From the IMG/VR virus record IMGVR_UViG_2671180460_000002: 36,986 nt of DNA; one strand, written 5' to 3'. Under the pieces are notes generated by a model. That model was not told the DNA's origin. It was given only the letters and a program-made list of their open reading frames with translations, and did no database searches. Positions 1 to 8,642 of the stretch are shown in pieces. The position numbers were made by a program, and so were the translations under genes. The DNA comes from a virus (Duplodnaviria > Heunggongvirae > Uroviricota > Caudoviricetes). Position 1 is the first letter of the stretch, and the number at the start of each line of letters is the position of its first letter.

Positions 1-1
1 C

Positions 2-184
2 CGCCAGCTTGAGTACAAGCAGCTCTGGCGTGGCGGTCAGGTGCTTGCTGTTCCGCCAGCGTACACAAGCCAGCGTTGCGCGTGCTGTGGTCATACAGCG
101 AAAGAATGTGGGGTAGTGATCAATTCTGGACTGAGTGAGAACAGCCTGGACGAGCCTATAAGCCTTGAGTGGCGCAGGATGTGA
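2..184 (+). pseudogene. IS200/IS605-family TnpB-like C-terminal fragment, apparently interrupted by the prophage left end
   Basis: Frame beginning at 2 reads ...PPAYTSQRCACCGHTAKE..., matching the YTSQ-C-CG zinc-finger region of TnpB/OrfB. After AKE (about nt 106) the expected second Cys pair is absent and the frame stops after 25 unrelated codons. ORF is open at the window edge. Confidence 0.5.
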
Positions 185-258
185 GAGATTTTACCGATTC
201 TGGATCGTTTTGAAGAAAATGATCAAAAGTACATTTTTTTGCGCTCAAATCTGGACTG
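125..258. repeat. three copies of TCTGGAYYG (125-133, 199-207, 250-258); candidate transposase end-binding sites (L1-L3 analogues)
   Basis: Direct repeats TTCTGGACTG, TTCTGGATCGTTTT and ATCTGGACTGTTTT spaced 74 and 51 bp apart, upstream of the leftward repressor gene, where Mu carries its L1-L3 MuA sites. Confidence 0.3.
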
Positions 259-411
259 TTTTAATCATTAATGGCAGATAATTGATCGTGTTTTAAATGC
301 TTTTAAAACGGGCTTTATCTGTACCCGTTTCCTTATTTTTCCTGTTTGGTTTTGTTTTGATGTGGTTGTTGCTGATTAGTTAGCAGCATGCGCCCCGCCA
401 AAACGAGGCGT

Positions 412-1059
412 TCATGCTGATTTTTTACTTACAGATTTTGTTTCTTGCTCCGGTGTGACATCGGTCTGATCACCCGGCGATTGTGGTCGTATATGAGATT
501 CAACAATTCGCAAAATCTCTCTGTCAGTATCTTCGTTTCCATGTAATGCTACTCGGATTGCATCCTTAAGTGATTTCCTGATATTCAGACTTTGGATAGC
601 ATTCTCTTGCTCCTCCAGCGTGTTAGCGGCTTGTTTCGCTTGCCTAGTGGGTTGTTGCAGACGTTTTAGGATTCCTTTGATACCCATATCACATATTGCA
701 TTTATCAATAGTTCTTTATCTTCTGTGGACGCTCTTTTCAATAACTCGTTAGCTAGCTCGTTTGTAATATCGGGAGAAGGCTGCGCTGTTTGGTTTGATA
801 AAGAGTTTGCTGTGGCGGTGAGTTCCTCACCATAAGCGAGCCAATTTAAACTTACCTGCTCTTTATCTGAGATAAGGCAGGCTATTTTAAAAGAGGGTTC
901 TGTTCCTTTATGGATGTAGTTGTTTAAGGTTGAAGGAGGGATACCCCAGTCGCTCGCGGCAGTTCTGACACTGCGCCCACCTATTAGTTTTACTAAACGC
1001 TCTCTAAAACTTTCTTTTCCTCGGTCAACTAAAGAAAAAGCGTCATCATTTTTTGTCAT
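412..1059 (-). CDS. prophage repressor (Mu c-like position), HTH DNA-binding protein
   Basis: Leftward ORF at the left end, divergent from ner. ATG at 1059 is preceded by AGGAAAGG; the track start at 1092 is a TTG. HTH-like segment ...RSVRTAASDWGIPPSTLNNYI... Confidence 0.6.
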   Translation of the reverse strand: MTKNDDAFSLVDRGKESFRERLVKLIGGRSVRTAASDWGIPPSTLNNYIHKGTEPSFKIACLISDKEQVSLNWLAYGEELTATANSLSNQTAQPSPDITNELANELLKRASTEDKELLINAICDMGIKGILKRLQQPTRQAKQAANTLEEQENAIQSLNIRKSLKDAIRVALHGNEDTDREILRIVESHIRPQSPGDQTDVTPEQETKSVSKKSA

Positions 1060-1192
1060 TTTTCCTTTCCTATTTAACCAATTGATTTTCAATCACAAAA
1101 CTATATAAAGACCAAAAGCAAAAAGAAAATACAAAGAAAAGGCTATTTTTGCTTTACATGGGTTACATATGGATCAATACTTATATCCGAAG

Positions 1193-1225
1193 GGATAACA
1201 CGGCGGTGTTATCCGCACGGATAAC
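1193..1225. promoter_or_regulatory. operator-like inverted repeat GGATAACAC-N4-GTGTTATCC with an extra GGATAAC half-site
   Basis: Perfect 9-bp inverted repeat at 1193-1214 plus a third half-site at 1219-1225, in the repressor-ner intergenic region just upstream of ner. A TTTACA hexamer at 1153-1158 is a possible -35. Confidence 0.5.
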
Positions 1226-1241
1226 TTTTAAGGGTAACCTA

Positions 1242-1478
1242 ATGATGGTTAGAAATGAAGTAATGAACCTGGACTGGCACCGCGAGTACATTGTCGCAGC
1301 TGTGCACACCAAAGGTTTTACATTGCGTGAACTGTCTGTTCGCGCTGGTCTAAAAAAAGACTCTTTAAAAAATGCATTGTATCGCTCATGCCCTAAATAT
1401 GAACGCATCATAGCCGATGCTATTGGTGTGGAACCTGCGGAGATCTGGCCAAGCCGGTATGCCAGTAAGGCGGCATAA
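1242..1478 (+). CDS. ner: Ner-like DNA-binding regulator
   Basis: Translation contains DWHREYIVAAV...IWPSRY, matching Mu Ner (DWHRADVIAG...IWPSRY). Stop overlaps the transposase start. Confidence 0.85.
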   Translation: MMVRNEVMNLDWHREYIVAAVHTKGFTLRELSVRAGLKKDSLKNALYRSCPKYERIIADAIGVEPAEIWPSRYASKAA

Positions 1479-3520
1479 TGTTTTATTCAGCCAATGAACT
1501 GGCCGGTCTTACTGGTTTGCCCGGTACAGTTCAGGGGGTGCGCTGGACGCTCAATCGGATCACAGAGACGCACCCGGAATGGAAGCGCAAGCGTGAAGGC
1601 ACCAAAGCATTCGAGTATCACATCGACTGCCTGCCCGCTGAAGCGCAGAAGGTTTTACGTAAGCGCCTGACTCATCAGGTCCTGGAAGATGCACAACTGC
1701 CCGCCGTGGTTGAGCAGAAGGCAGTTAAAAACGTCGCCGTTCGTGATGAACTGGAAGTGATGGTCAAATGCCCGGAACTGGCATTACGCGAAGTTCAGGC
1801 ACTGACCGACAAGCAAAAGGCCATCGCTGATGCGCGGATATTGCTGGCTACCGAAGTGCATAAACTGCGTGAATACGCAAGAATGTCCAGGACGGCAGCG
1901 ATAAAACACATTGTTGATGGTATCCGCCAGGAGGCTTTGCCCGAGCGCGTTATTGTGGCAGGTAATACCGCCAATGCCCGACAGGGTAAGCGAACTGGCG
2001 TCAGTACAGGGAGTTTACAGGAATGGTATTCCGCCTGGCTGATGGCGCGCGGTGATGCCAATCAGTTACTGGCGTTACTGGCTCCCGGTCATCATAAGGG
2101 AACACCGTGGGAGCAGGTTTGGTGGTTGAGCGATTTCTTTATGTTCTATCGCTCATGGAAGCGCCCGACCGTTGAATATGCGTATCGCGAGTTTTCAGCC
2201 TGGTGGCATGAAAAACACGCGAACGATGCGGGAATGCTGGCGGCACTGCCTTCAGTTCACGCAGTAAGACGGGTGTTAAGCAGCGTCCCGGTGATTGTTA
2301 AAGAGCGTTTCCGCTCCACCGGTTCAGCCTGGCGTTCGCTCAATCCCTTTGTGCGACGCGACTGGAGCACATTACCGGTTAATGCGGTATGGGTCGGGGA
2401 TGGTCACTGTATGAAAATGACCGCGTTTAACCCCCTGACCGGCAATATTTTCCGGCCAGAAGTGACGCTGGTTATGGATGCGGGGCAGCGCTTTGTTGTG
2501 GGCTGGTCGCTGTCCCTGTCGGAGAACGTGATAGCCGTTGCTGATGCGTTACGTTACGGCATGGCGCAGCACGGGATACCGCTGATTTATTACTCCGATA
2601 ACGGGGGCGGCGAAAAAAACCGGGTACTTGATGCCGATATTACCGGGATTCTGCCCCGTCTGGGTGTGGAACATCACACGGGGATACCAGGTAACCCACA
2701 GGGGCGCGGGGTGATTGAAAGGCTTAACAAGGAAATTCCCCGGGATGTGGCCCTGAGTTTCCGGACGTACTGCTCAAAGGGAGCAGACAAGGAAACCGTA
2801 ATGATGCAGCAACGGATTATGCAGTCAGCCATTAAGGCCACCCACAAAGGGAAAGAGCTGACAAAACGGCAGGTTAAGTCAAGGGATGAAATCCCCACCT
2901 TTGAGCAACTGATGGCAGCTATAGAGCTGGAGGTCAGACGCTATAACAACCGGCCACACAGCAGCCTTCCCCGCAAAGAGGATGGCGAATATTACAGTCC
3001 GGCAGCGTATCGCCGGAAACTGATAAAAGAACAGAATGTTGAAATTGATTTTCTGTCGCCGGAAGAGCTGCATGAAATGTTCAGACCGGAGGTGACGCGC
3101 AAAACATTTCGCGGGGAAATTCAGTTATTCAACAATATTTATTACTCGTATGAGCTGGCAGCAGAGCACGGAAATGAAGTCAGGGTTTGTTACGACATTC
3201 ACGACGCAAACAGCGTGATTGTCAGGCGGATGGACGGTTCTTATATCTGCGATGCCATCTGGAACGGTAATAAGGTTGATGCGTTCCCGAAAGCTGTTAT
3301 CGAACAGCAGCAGGAGAAACGCGCCAGAGGCCGCATTGCACGGGCCACGCAGAAAATCGAAGAGGCTAAACGCGAGCTTACCCCGGCTATTACGCAGAAG
3401 CCTGACTTTAATTTTGGATGTGGTCTGGAGCGTAAGGAGGAAAAGAAAAAAGAAGAACTTTATTTCTTTGCATCCGAGCGTGACCGCAATTTAAAGAAAG
3501 ACGGCACAAACAACCGTTAA
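1478..3520 (+). CDS. Mu-type DDE transposase (MuA-like)
   Basis: 680 aa, immediately after ner. N-terminal winged-helix-like region followed by a large catalytic core, size and position as for MuA (663 aa). Confidence 0.9.
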   Translation: MFYSANELAGLTGLPGTVQGVRWTLNRITETHPEWKRKREGTKAFEYHIDCLPAEAQKVLRKRLTHQVLEDAQLPAVVEQKAVKNVAVRDELEVMVKCPELALREVQALTDKQKAIADARILLATEVHKLREYARMSRTAAIKHIVDGIRQEALPERVIVAGNTANARQGKRTGVSTGSLQEWYSAWLMARGDANQLLALLAPGHHKGTPWEQVWWLSDFFMFYRSWKRPTVEYAYREFSAWWHEKHANDAGMLAALPSVHAVRRVLSSVPVIVKERFRSTGSAWRSLNPFVRRDWSTLPVNAVWVGDGHCMKMTAFNPLTGNIFRPEVTLVMDAGQRFVVGWSLSLSENVIAVADALRYGMAQHGIPLIYYSDNGGGEKNRVLDADITGILPRLGVEHHTGIPGNPQGRGVIERLNKEIPRDVALSFRTYCSKGADKETVMMQQRIMQSAIKATHKGKELTKRQVKSRDEIPTFEQLMAAIELEVRRYNNRPHSSLPRKEDGEYYSPAAYRRKLIKEQNVEIDFLSPEELHEMFRPEVTRKTFRGEIQLFNNIYYSYELAAEHGNEVRVCYDIHDANSVIVRRMDGSYICDAIWNGNKVDAFPKAVIEQQQEKRARGRIARATQKIEEAKRELTPAITQKPDFNFGCGLERKEEKKKEELYFFASERDRNLKKDGTNNR

Positions 3521-3537
3521 TTTAAAAGGTATTTAAT

Positions 3538-4431
3538 ATGAGTTTAATTACGCAATTAAATGACGTAATGGCCCGTCGCGGCTATACACAAACCCACGTT
3601 GCCCGTGCTATTGGTCGTAGCAGCGCCGTTATCAACCAGTATTTGCAGGGTAAATATCAGGGCGATATCACTGATATCGAAGAGCGAATTTCTGCCTTTG
3701 TCAGCCGTGAACGGGAAAAAGAAAACAACCGGCGTGTAAAAGCAAGTTTTGTGACTACAGGTATGGCCGCCAAAGGGTTGGAGGCACTGGCCTATGCTCA
3801 TCTGGAGTGTGAAATTAGCGTGTTGTATGGCGCGGCAGGTCTTGGCAAAACAATGATTTTGCGCGAATACGCCGCCAGAAACCGGGACGCAATACTGATT
3901 GAGGCTGACCCGGGCTATACAGCCAGGACACTGCTGGAGGAGTTGTGCCGCCAGTTGGGGGTAAAGGTTCGCGGCAATATTCACGAACTGATTAATGCCT
4001 GTGTACACGAATTGCGTGACTCCGGTCGCCTGCTGATGGTGGATGAAGCCGAACTGCTCCCCTATCGTGCGCTGGAAGTTCTGCGTCGTCTGCATGACAA
4101 GGCGGGCGTCGGTGTTGCCCTGGCTGGTATGCCGCGCCTGTTGATTAATCTTAAAGGCAATCGTGGGGAGTTCGCGCAGCTATACAGTCGGGTGGCTCTT
4201 TCGCTGGACCTCGGCGATACGCTGGCGCAGAAGGATTTCATCCAGATAGCCGCTGAACTGATGCCGGAAGCAGCAGCGCCTGAAATCTGTGAAGCACTTT
4301 ACACACGCTCACGGGGTAATGCCCGACGCCTGTTTAAACTTGTGCGTGGGGTCTACCGGATTTGTGATATCAGCGATGCCCCGGTCAGCGTGCAGGCTAT
4401 TGATGATTTCGCGGAAATGTTAATTCACTGA
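3538..4431 (+). CDS. MuB-like AAA+ ATPase, transposition target DNA activator
   Basis: 297 aa with Walker A GAAGLGKT and N-terminal HTH-like segment; directly downstream of the transposase as in Mu. Confidence 0.85.
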   Translation: MSLITQLNDVMARRGYTQTHVARAIGRSSAVINQYLQGKYQGDITDIEERISAFVSREREKENNRRVKASFVTTGMAAKGLEALAYAHLECEISVLYGAAGLGKTMILREYAARNRDAILIEADPGYTARTLLEELCRQLGVKVRGNIHELINACVHELRDSGRLLMVDEAELLPYRALEVLRRLHDKAGVGVALAGMPRLLINLKGNRGEFAQLYSRVALSLDLGDTLAQKDFIQIAAELMPEAAAPEICEALYTRSRGNARRLFKLVRGVYRICDISDAPVSVQAIDDFAEMLIH

Positions 4432-4444
4432 GTAAAGGTCAGGT

Positions 4445-4777
4445 ATGGAACAAATTGCCATTAAAAAAGAAATTAAAGCACTACGGAATATCGGTCGTAA
4501 TGGTTGTATTTATTTTAATGGATCCCCCGGTGAAATTATTCCGTTTGTTGATTGCTTCGTGCCGAGTGAACTGCGCATTGATTTGTATTCCCGGGAAAGG
4601 GAAATCAATGGAATCGGAAATACCAGTGATGACTGGGACGTTGATGAATGCTGCGCGCGATTAATGATTATCCCTTTTGAGCAGAATTTACAGGGGTTTC
4701 GTCGGGCTTATCGTCTTGCGCGTATGTGTGCCCGTCTTCCCCGTTATCAGCCACGACTTGCGTTTGCACTCAGATAA
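4445..4777 (+). CDS. hypothetical protein (early accessory region)
   Basis: ORF in an AT-rich early region, ATG at 4445. Confidence 0.35.
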   Translation: MEQIAIKKEIKALRNIGRNGCIYFNGSPGEIIPFVDCFVPSELRIDLYSREREINGIGNTSDDWDVDECCARLMIIPFEQNLQGFRRAYRLARMCARLPRYQPRLAFALR

Positions 4778-4815
4778 TGCAGCGCAGAACTGTTAATTCA
4801 CTGATGGAGAACAAA

Positions 4816-5043
4816 ATGATAGACAAGCAGACCATTAATGCCGTCCGTTCCCGTGCCCGTGTGGCCATCCACACCACCGGTGGTCGTGTAACGGGACAGC
4901 ATCACCGTTTACCTGTGGTTTATGCCTGCCCACCCGTGGGTGGTCCTGTATGGCCGGTAACGGAAATCATCCAGACATTCAGCGGCCTGCGTCGTGTGGT
5001 TAAAACGTCCTGTATCGACGGCTGCACCGTCGTATGGCAATAA
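4816..5043 (+). CDS. hypothetical protein
   Basis: ATG at 4816 preceded by GGAG; the track ORF from 4726 probably over-extends. Confidence 0.35.
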   Translation: MIDKQTINAVRSRARVAIHTTGGRVTGQHHRLPVVYACPPVGGPVWPVTEIIQTFSGLRRVVKTSCIDGCTVVWQ

Positions 5044-5058
5044 AACGAGGAATTAAAA

Positions 5059-5310
5059 GTGAGCGTGAAATTAACAATAGTATTTACCGACCTGGGTAAT
5101 AACCAGTGCCATAACCTTATTCGGGTGGAAAATGGCGACAATGCCACACTCGAAGAAGCGGCAAGAACTCTGGGGACTGTCGGCGCTATTTGTACGGTTC
5201 TGAAGGAGAAACACGGAAATGAACGGCTTGATCTGCAAATCTACCATGACTACGTGAAACAACTGGCACAGGGATGTCCGTATATTCCTCAAGAAACACA
5301 AATGCATTGA
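5059..5310 (+). CDS. hypothetical protein
   Basis: GTG start at 5059 preceded by GAGGAA. Confidence 0.35.
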   Translation: MSVKLTIVFTDLGNNQCHNLIRVENGDNATLEEAARTLGTVGAICTVLKEKHGNERLDLQIYHDYVKQLAQGCPYIPQETQMH

Positions 5311-5320
5311 GAGATGAAAA

Positions 5321-5512
5321 ATGTCACTGGAGCTTGAATTAACTTTCAGCCTGGACAGGCCAGGTAAACCGGAGAAAGCCGTCGCGACGTATCAGTTGTC
5401 GCCTGATGTCACGGGAGAGCAGGTTTCCGACATTATCATAAAAACTCACTGTTTTATGAACGAAATTATTTTTAAATCGTTTGATTTCAAAGGAGAAAAA
5501 TATGGCGGTTAA
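5321..5512 (+). CDS. hypothetical small protein
   Basis: ATG at 5321 preceded by GAGAG; 63 aa. Confidence 0.3.
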   Translation: MSLELELTFSLDRPGKPEKAVATYQLSPDVTGEQVSDIIIKTHCFMNEIIFKSFDFKGEKYGG

Positions 5513-5717
5513 GTTAGAAGTAATTATCTATACCGATGAAAACGGTACGCTTCGTGTCAGGAGTATGGGGGCTGTTGATAAAAAAGGATTTACGGATGAA
5601 GAGGTCGGTGTAAGACAACGGTTATGGGAGGTAATGAATCAAACGCTTAATAAAGAATTTAACGGCGTTGATTTATTTTCTGTTGGCGTGGAACCCTGCG
5701 CACATAACACACATTAA
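5502..5717 (+). CDS. hypothetical small protein
   Basis: ATG at 5502 preceded by AGGAGAAAA; overlaps the previous ORF end. Confidence 0.35.
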   Translation: MAVKLEVIIYTDENGTLRVRSMGAVDKKGFTDEEVGVRQRLWEVMNQTLNKEFNGVDLFSVGVEPCAHNTH

Positions 5718-5746
5718 TCTGTAAATATCACTGAGGTAATTTAATT

Positions 5747-6391
5747 ATGACGACTGAAAATAAAGTTAAGCAATACACGAAAACTGAAGCGCCTGAAGGT
5801 TACTGGGTGGATGCACGTGGCGTAATGACACCTGAAAGCCTGATTAAGGATATTGACCGCGACCGCGAGCAGCTGGTCGGTGAGATTGTCGAACTGGTGA
5901 TTGCTGCCTCCGCCTCGCTGCGTGATTTGAAACTGCGCGCGTTTGGCGATATTCAGGCATTTATTGACCTGTCGGCTGAGAAATACGGCGCTGTGAAAGG
6001 CGGTAAAAAAGGGAATATCACGCTTTACAGCTTTGACGGGTGTTACAAGATTCAGCGCGCCATGCAGGACCGTATCGCGTTTGATGAACGCATTCAGACC
6101 GCGAAGTCGCTGATTGATGATTGCCTGGCTGACTGGACGGAAGGTGCACGCCCTGAAATTAAGGCCATCATCAGTGAGGCATTCAGCACGGACAAGGAAG
6201 GCAACATCAACACCGGTCGCGTTCTGGCCCTGCGTCGCCTCGAGATTGAGGACGAACGCTGGAATAACGCCATGTCACTGATTGGTGAAGCCGTCCAGGT
6301 GATTGGCAGCAAAAGCTATATCCGCGTGTATGAGCGCGTCGGTGATTCTGCTGAATACCGCGCAATCCCGCTTGATATTGCAGGGGTTTAA
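5747..6391 (+). CDS. hypothetical protein, resembles DUF3164-type proteins of Mu-like prophages
   Basis: 214 aa acidic protein at the position after B where DUF3164 proteins occur in Mu-like phages; assignment from memory, not searched. No resemblance to Mu Gam. Confidence 0.45.
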   Translation: MTTENKVKQYTKTEAPEGYWVDARGVMTPESLIKDIDRDREQLVGEIVELVIAASASLRDLKLRAFGDIQAFIDLSAEKYGAVKGGKKGNITLYSFDGCYKIQRAMQDRIAFDERIQTAKSLIDDCLADWTEGARPEIKAIISEAFSTDKEGNINTGRVLALRRLEIEDERWNNAMSLIGEAVQVIGSKSYIRVYERVGDSAEYRAIPLDIAGV

Positions 6392-6392
6392 C

Positions 6393-6626
6393 ATGCATCA
6401 GGATATCAAAGAGTACAGAGCCAGAAATAGTTGCGCGGCGTATTCGCTGGGCGCGTCCAGAGCAGAACAACGCGGCGATTATGCCGAAGCTGAAAAACTG
6501 TGGCGTAAGGTAGCACAAAGCCCGTGTAGTACCCTGCGCCGCATCTGGGCGGAACACCGGGCAGAGTTCTGTGCCAATGCTCACCTGAAAGGATGGAAGC
6601 CGCCTCATGAACGCGAAGAACTTTAA
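6393..6626 (+). CDS. hypothetical protein
   Basis: ATG at 6393 one nt after the preceding stop; 77 aa. Confidence 0.35.
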   Translation: MHQDIKEYRARNSCAAYSLGASRAEQRGDYAEAEKLWRKVAQSPCSTLRRIWAEHRAEFCANAHLKGWKPPHEREEL

Positions 6627-6798
6627 TCAGTTATATCCGCCAGGAACTCGCTTCATGCACATTGCACACCCGGCACTGCGTGGTGGTCGTGTGGTGAAAA
6701 CCGTTTCACCTGCCAGAGATTTTAAATGTGGTTGTGTGGTTGAAATTAATGTCGAGCCTTATTTCGTTAAAGTCGAAACGCTGAAAGCACCGCATTAA
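6607..6798 (+). CDS. hypothetical small protein
   Basis: 63-aa ORF overlapping the previous gene by 20 nt. Confidence 0.3.
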   Translation: MNAKNFNQLYPPGTRFMHIAHPALRGGRVVKTVSPARDFKCGCVVEINVEPYFVKVETLKAPH

Positions 6799-6805
6799 TT
6801 TAATT

Positions 6806-6864
6806 TGTTTTTAATTGTTATTTAAAACAGGCGTAAATCCGCCGGGGCTGGCTTACGCCTGAAT
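6806..6864 (+). repeat. 58-bp direct repeat copy 1: AT-rich TGTTTTTAATT box followed by GC hairpin GGCGTAAATCCGCCGGGGCTGGCTTACGCC
   Basis: Near-identical copy at 7432-7489. Hairpin stem GGCGTAA/TTACGCC; no U-tract follows. Confidence 0.7.
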
Positions 6865-6879
6865 TAAGGGGATTTGTAT

Positions 6880-7425
6880 ATGAAAGATAAAGTCTGGGAT
6901 TTTATTGTTTCTCCTGAAGGTTTTGCTACCCGTTCATCTGAGAAGTTAACCAATGTAACGTTATGGGCTTCATCGTTGCTGGGACGTCTGGGAGGACCCG
7001 GTAGTTTTATGGATGTGGTACTTAATGCCCAGATTGCCGGGAATGCTATGGCCAGTAAGGGGGCTTATATTCAGGGGGATTTGTTCGCCATGATGGCAAA
7101 TGACACGGTGGCACTGTACCTCGCGACACGCAACATACTGACAAGAATATCCATGCAGTCATGTAGGGAGGGTATGGAAGACCTCCGGGACATTCTTGAA
7201 GGTGATTTGCTCACTATTTCAGGCGTGCAGGAATCCCTCCCGCGTCAGCTGCGGTTTATTGACCTGATGGAGTCATATAAAGATAAGCCTGATTTTTTTC
7301 AGATTCGATTCAGCGGAATGGAACTGCTGGATGAATATTATCCGCTGGATTCGATTTCCCGTGATGTGAAGGCGTTCGTAAAGTCTGTTGACCGTCATTA
7401 CCGGAAAGCTGAACGTCGTAGTTAA
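6880..7425 (+). CDS. hypothetical protein (AT-rich cargo gene flanked by direct repeats)
   Basis: ATG at 6880 with AAGGGG RBS 8 nt upstream; the track start at 6874 is a TTG. Visibly lower GC than the late region. Confidence 0.5.
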   Translation: MKDKVWDFIVSPEGFATRSSEKLTNVTLWASSLLGRLGGPGSFMDVVLNAQIAGNAMASKGAYIQGDLFAMMANDTVALYLATRNILTRISMQSCREGMEDLRDILEGDLLTISGVQESLPRQLRFIDLMESYKDKPDFFQIRFSGMELLDEYYPLDSISRDVKAFVKSVDRHYRKAERRS

Positions 7426-7431
7426 TAAGTC

Positions 7432-7489
7432 TGTTTTTAATTTTATTTGTATATGGCGTAAACCCGCCGGGGCTGGCTTACGCCTGAAT
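7432..7489 (+). repeat. 58-bp direct repeat copy 2 (same AT box plus hairpin)
   Basis: Matches 6806-6864 with a few substitutions; ends 16 nt before the ATG at 7506. Confidence 0.7.
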
Positions 7490-7505
7490 CTGAGGAAGTT
7501 TATTT

Positions 7506-7688
7506 ATGAATATCGCTAAGCAAAAAAAATTCTCCCGCGAAATTAATCTGACAATTGTTTGTTTTAATCGTCTTGCGACCAGTTCTCAGTCGACAGCAGA
7601 TGTTCATTCAGTACCGCAGCCAGAACGAACTCCCCACGTTCCTGAAGGCTGTGCCGGAAGTTGTGTAATTCAGAATTCAGGATGCTGA
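7506..7688 (+). CDS. hypothetical small protein
   Basis: ATG at 7506 with GAGGAAG RBS, positioned after hairpin copy 2 exactly as 6880 is after copy 1; coding quality uncertain. Confidence 0.3.
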   Translation: MNIAKQKKFSREINLTIVCFNRLATSSQSTADVHSVPQPERTPHVPEGCAGSCVIQNSGC

Positions 7689-7701
7689 GGTTCAGACGAC
7701 C

Positions 7702-8412
7702 ATGAAAGATAAATACATTGCCAAAATCAAAAAACTGTTACGCCTTGCCAGAGGAACATCAAGCCCGGAAGAAGCCGCTAACGCTATTGCAAAAGCCCAG
7801 GCTTATATGCGCCAGCATGGTATCAGCGAAAACGACGCGGAATTGTTCGACATTCAGGAAGCTGCCAGCGCGGGTGCGCCGAGTGATGCCAGTACGCCGC
7901 CGCTTTATATGCACATCCTGTGTGACCTGGTCTGTAAAGCCTTCGGTGTCGAGTGTTACATCTCCGGCGAATACCGGGCTTCTGGTTCACTCAAACGTTA
8001 CGTGCGTTTTTATGGTTCTGACAGCCGCCCGGAAATTGCGGCCTATGCGTTTGATGTGCTTTCCCGTCAGATGATGGCAGAGCGCAAGAAATATCAGGAT
8101 AAACACTGCAAACGTTGTGGTCCGTCCACGCGGGTAGCCCGTGGCGACCAGTTCTGCGAAGGCTGGGCCTTTGGTGCCCGTGACGTGATTACGGTGTATG
8201 ACGTCTCCCCGGAAGAGAAAGGTCGTATTGAGCTTTACCGGCAGAGCCTGCACAGCTCTAAAGGGCTGCGCGAAGGGAATATGCGCACAGCTAAAGCGTG
8301 TCGGGGTGCAGAGTTTGCCGCTACTGCGGGTTTTATCGCCGGGAAAAACGCCAGACTGCATCAGGGGGTTAATGGTCAGAGCAACAGACCGCTGGCACTG
8401 GGGAGGGGATAA
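7702..8412 (+). CDS. hypothetical protein with DUF2786-like N-terminus
   Basis: N-terminus MKDKYIAKIKKLLRLARGTSSPEEAANAIAKAQ resembles the DUF2786 motif common in phage and plasmid accessory genes; from memory. Confidence 0.5.
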   Translation: MKDKYIAKIKKLLRLARGTSSPEEAANAIAKAQAYMRQHGISENDAELFDIQEAASAGAPSDASTPPLYMHILCDLVCKAFGVECYISGEYRASGSLKRYVRFYGSDSRPEIAAYAFDVLSRQMMAERKKYQDKHCKRCGPSTRVARGDQFCEGWAFGARDVITVYDVSPEEKGRIELYRQSLHSSKGLREGNMRTAKACRGAEFAATAGFIAGKNARLHQGVNGQSNRPLALGRG

Positions 8413-8414
8413 CG

Positions 8415-8642
8415 ATGGCTTTTAAACTTCTCAGTGTTACCGAAGCAATATACCAGCCGCCAGGAGAACGCCACGAATACAGGATGAATGACGGCAGCGC
8501 GGCGGTTGAGTTTCCCAAATATCCGGGGGCTTCCCGGTGGCGGTTCTATGACAGTGTGGGACGCCGGATTATTAAAAGAACCGTGCACAACGCCATGAAA
8601 GCCGCTGTAGAACGTCACAAAAGGAGGTTTAACTGCAAATGA
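8415..8642 (+). CDS. hypothetical protein
   Basis: ATG at 8415 preceded by GGGAGGGG. Confidence 0.4.
   Translation: MAFKLLSVTEAIYQPPGERHEYRMNDGSAAVEFPKYPGASRWRFYDSVGRRIIKRTVHNAMKAAVERHKRRFNCK

Noticed and set aside
380-420. Inverted repeat CAGCATG...CATGCTG just past the repressor stop as a terminator
   Set aside because: Imperfect stem and no U-run on the transcribed (minus) strand; too weak to annotate.
1149-1241. Track-proposed long N-terminal extension of ner (start 1149)
   Set aside because: The extension covers the operator inverted repeat and promoter-like sequence, and Ner homologues are about 75 aa; the start at 1242 is preferred.
3556-4095. 179-aa ORF on the minus strand
   Set aside because: Antisense to the MuB-like gene, whose Walker A motif confirms the + frame.
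6830-6864. GC hairpins at 6830-6864 and 7455-7489 as rho-independent terminators
   Set aside because: Stable stem-loops but followed by TGAAT..., not a U-tract; reported instead as a repeat or regulatory element of unknown function.
7559-7704. Protein-like reading frame on the minus strand (...LNSELHNFRHSLQERGEFVLAAVLNEHLLSTENWSQDD)
   Set aside because: No in-frame ATG/GTG/TTG start giving a usable ORF and it overlaps the 7506..7688 + strand ORF; could be a gene remnant but cannot be supported from sequence alone.
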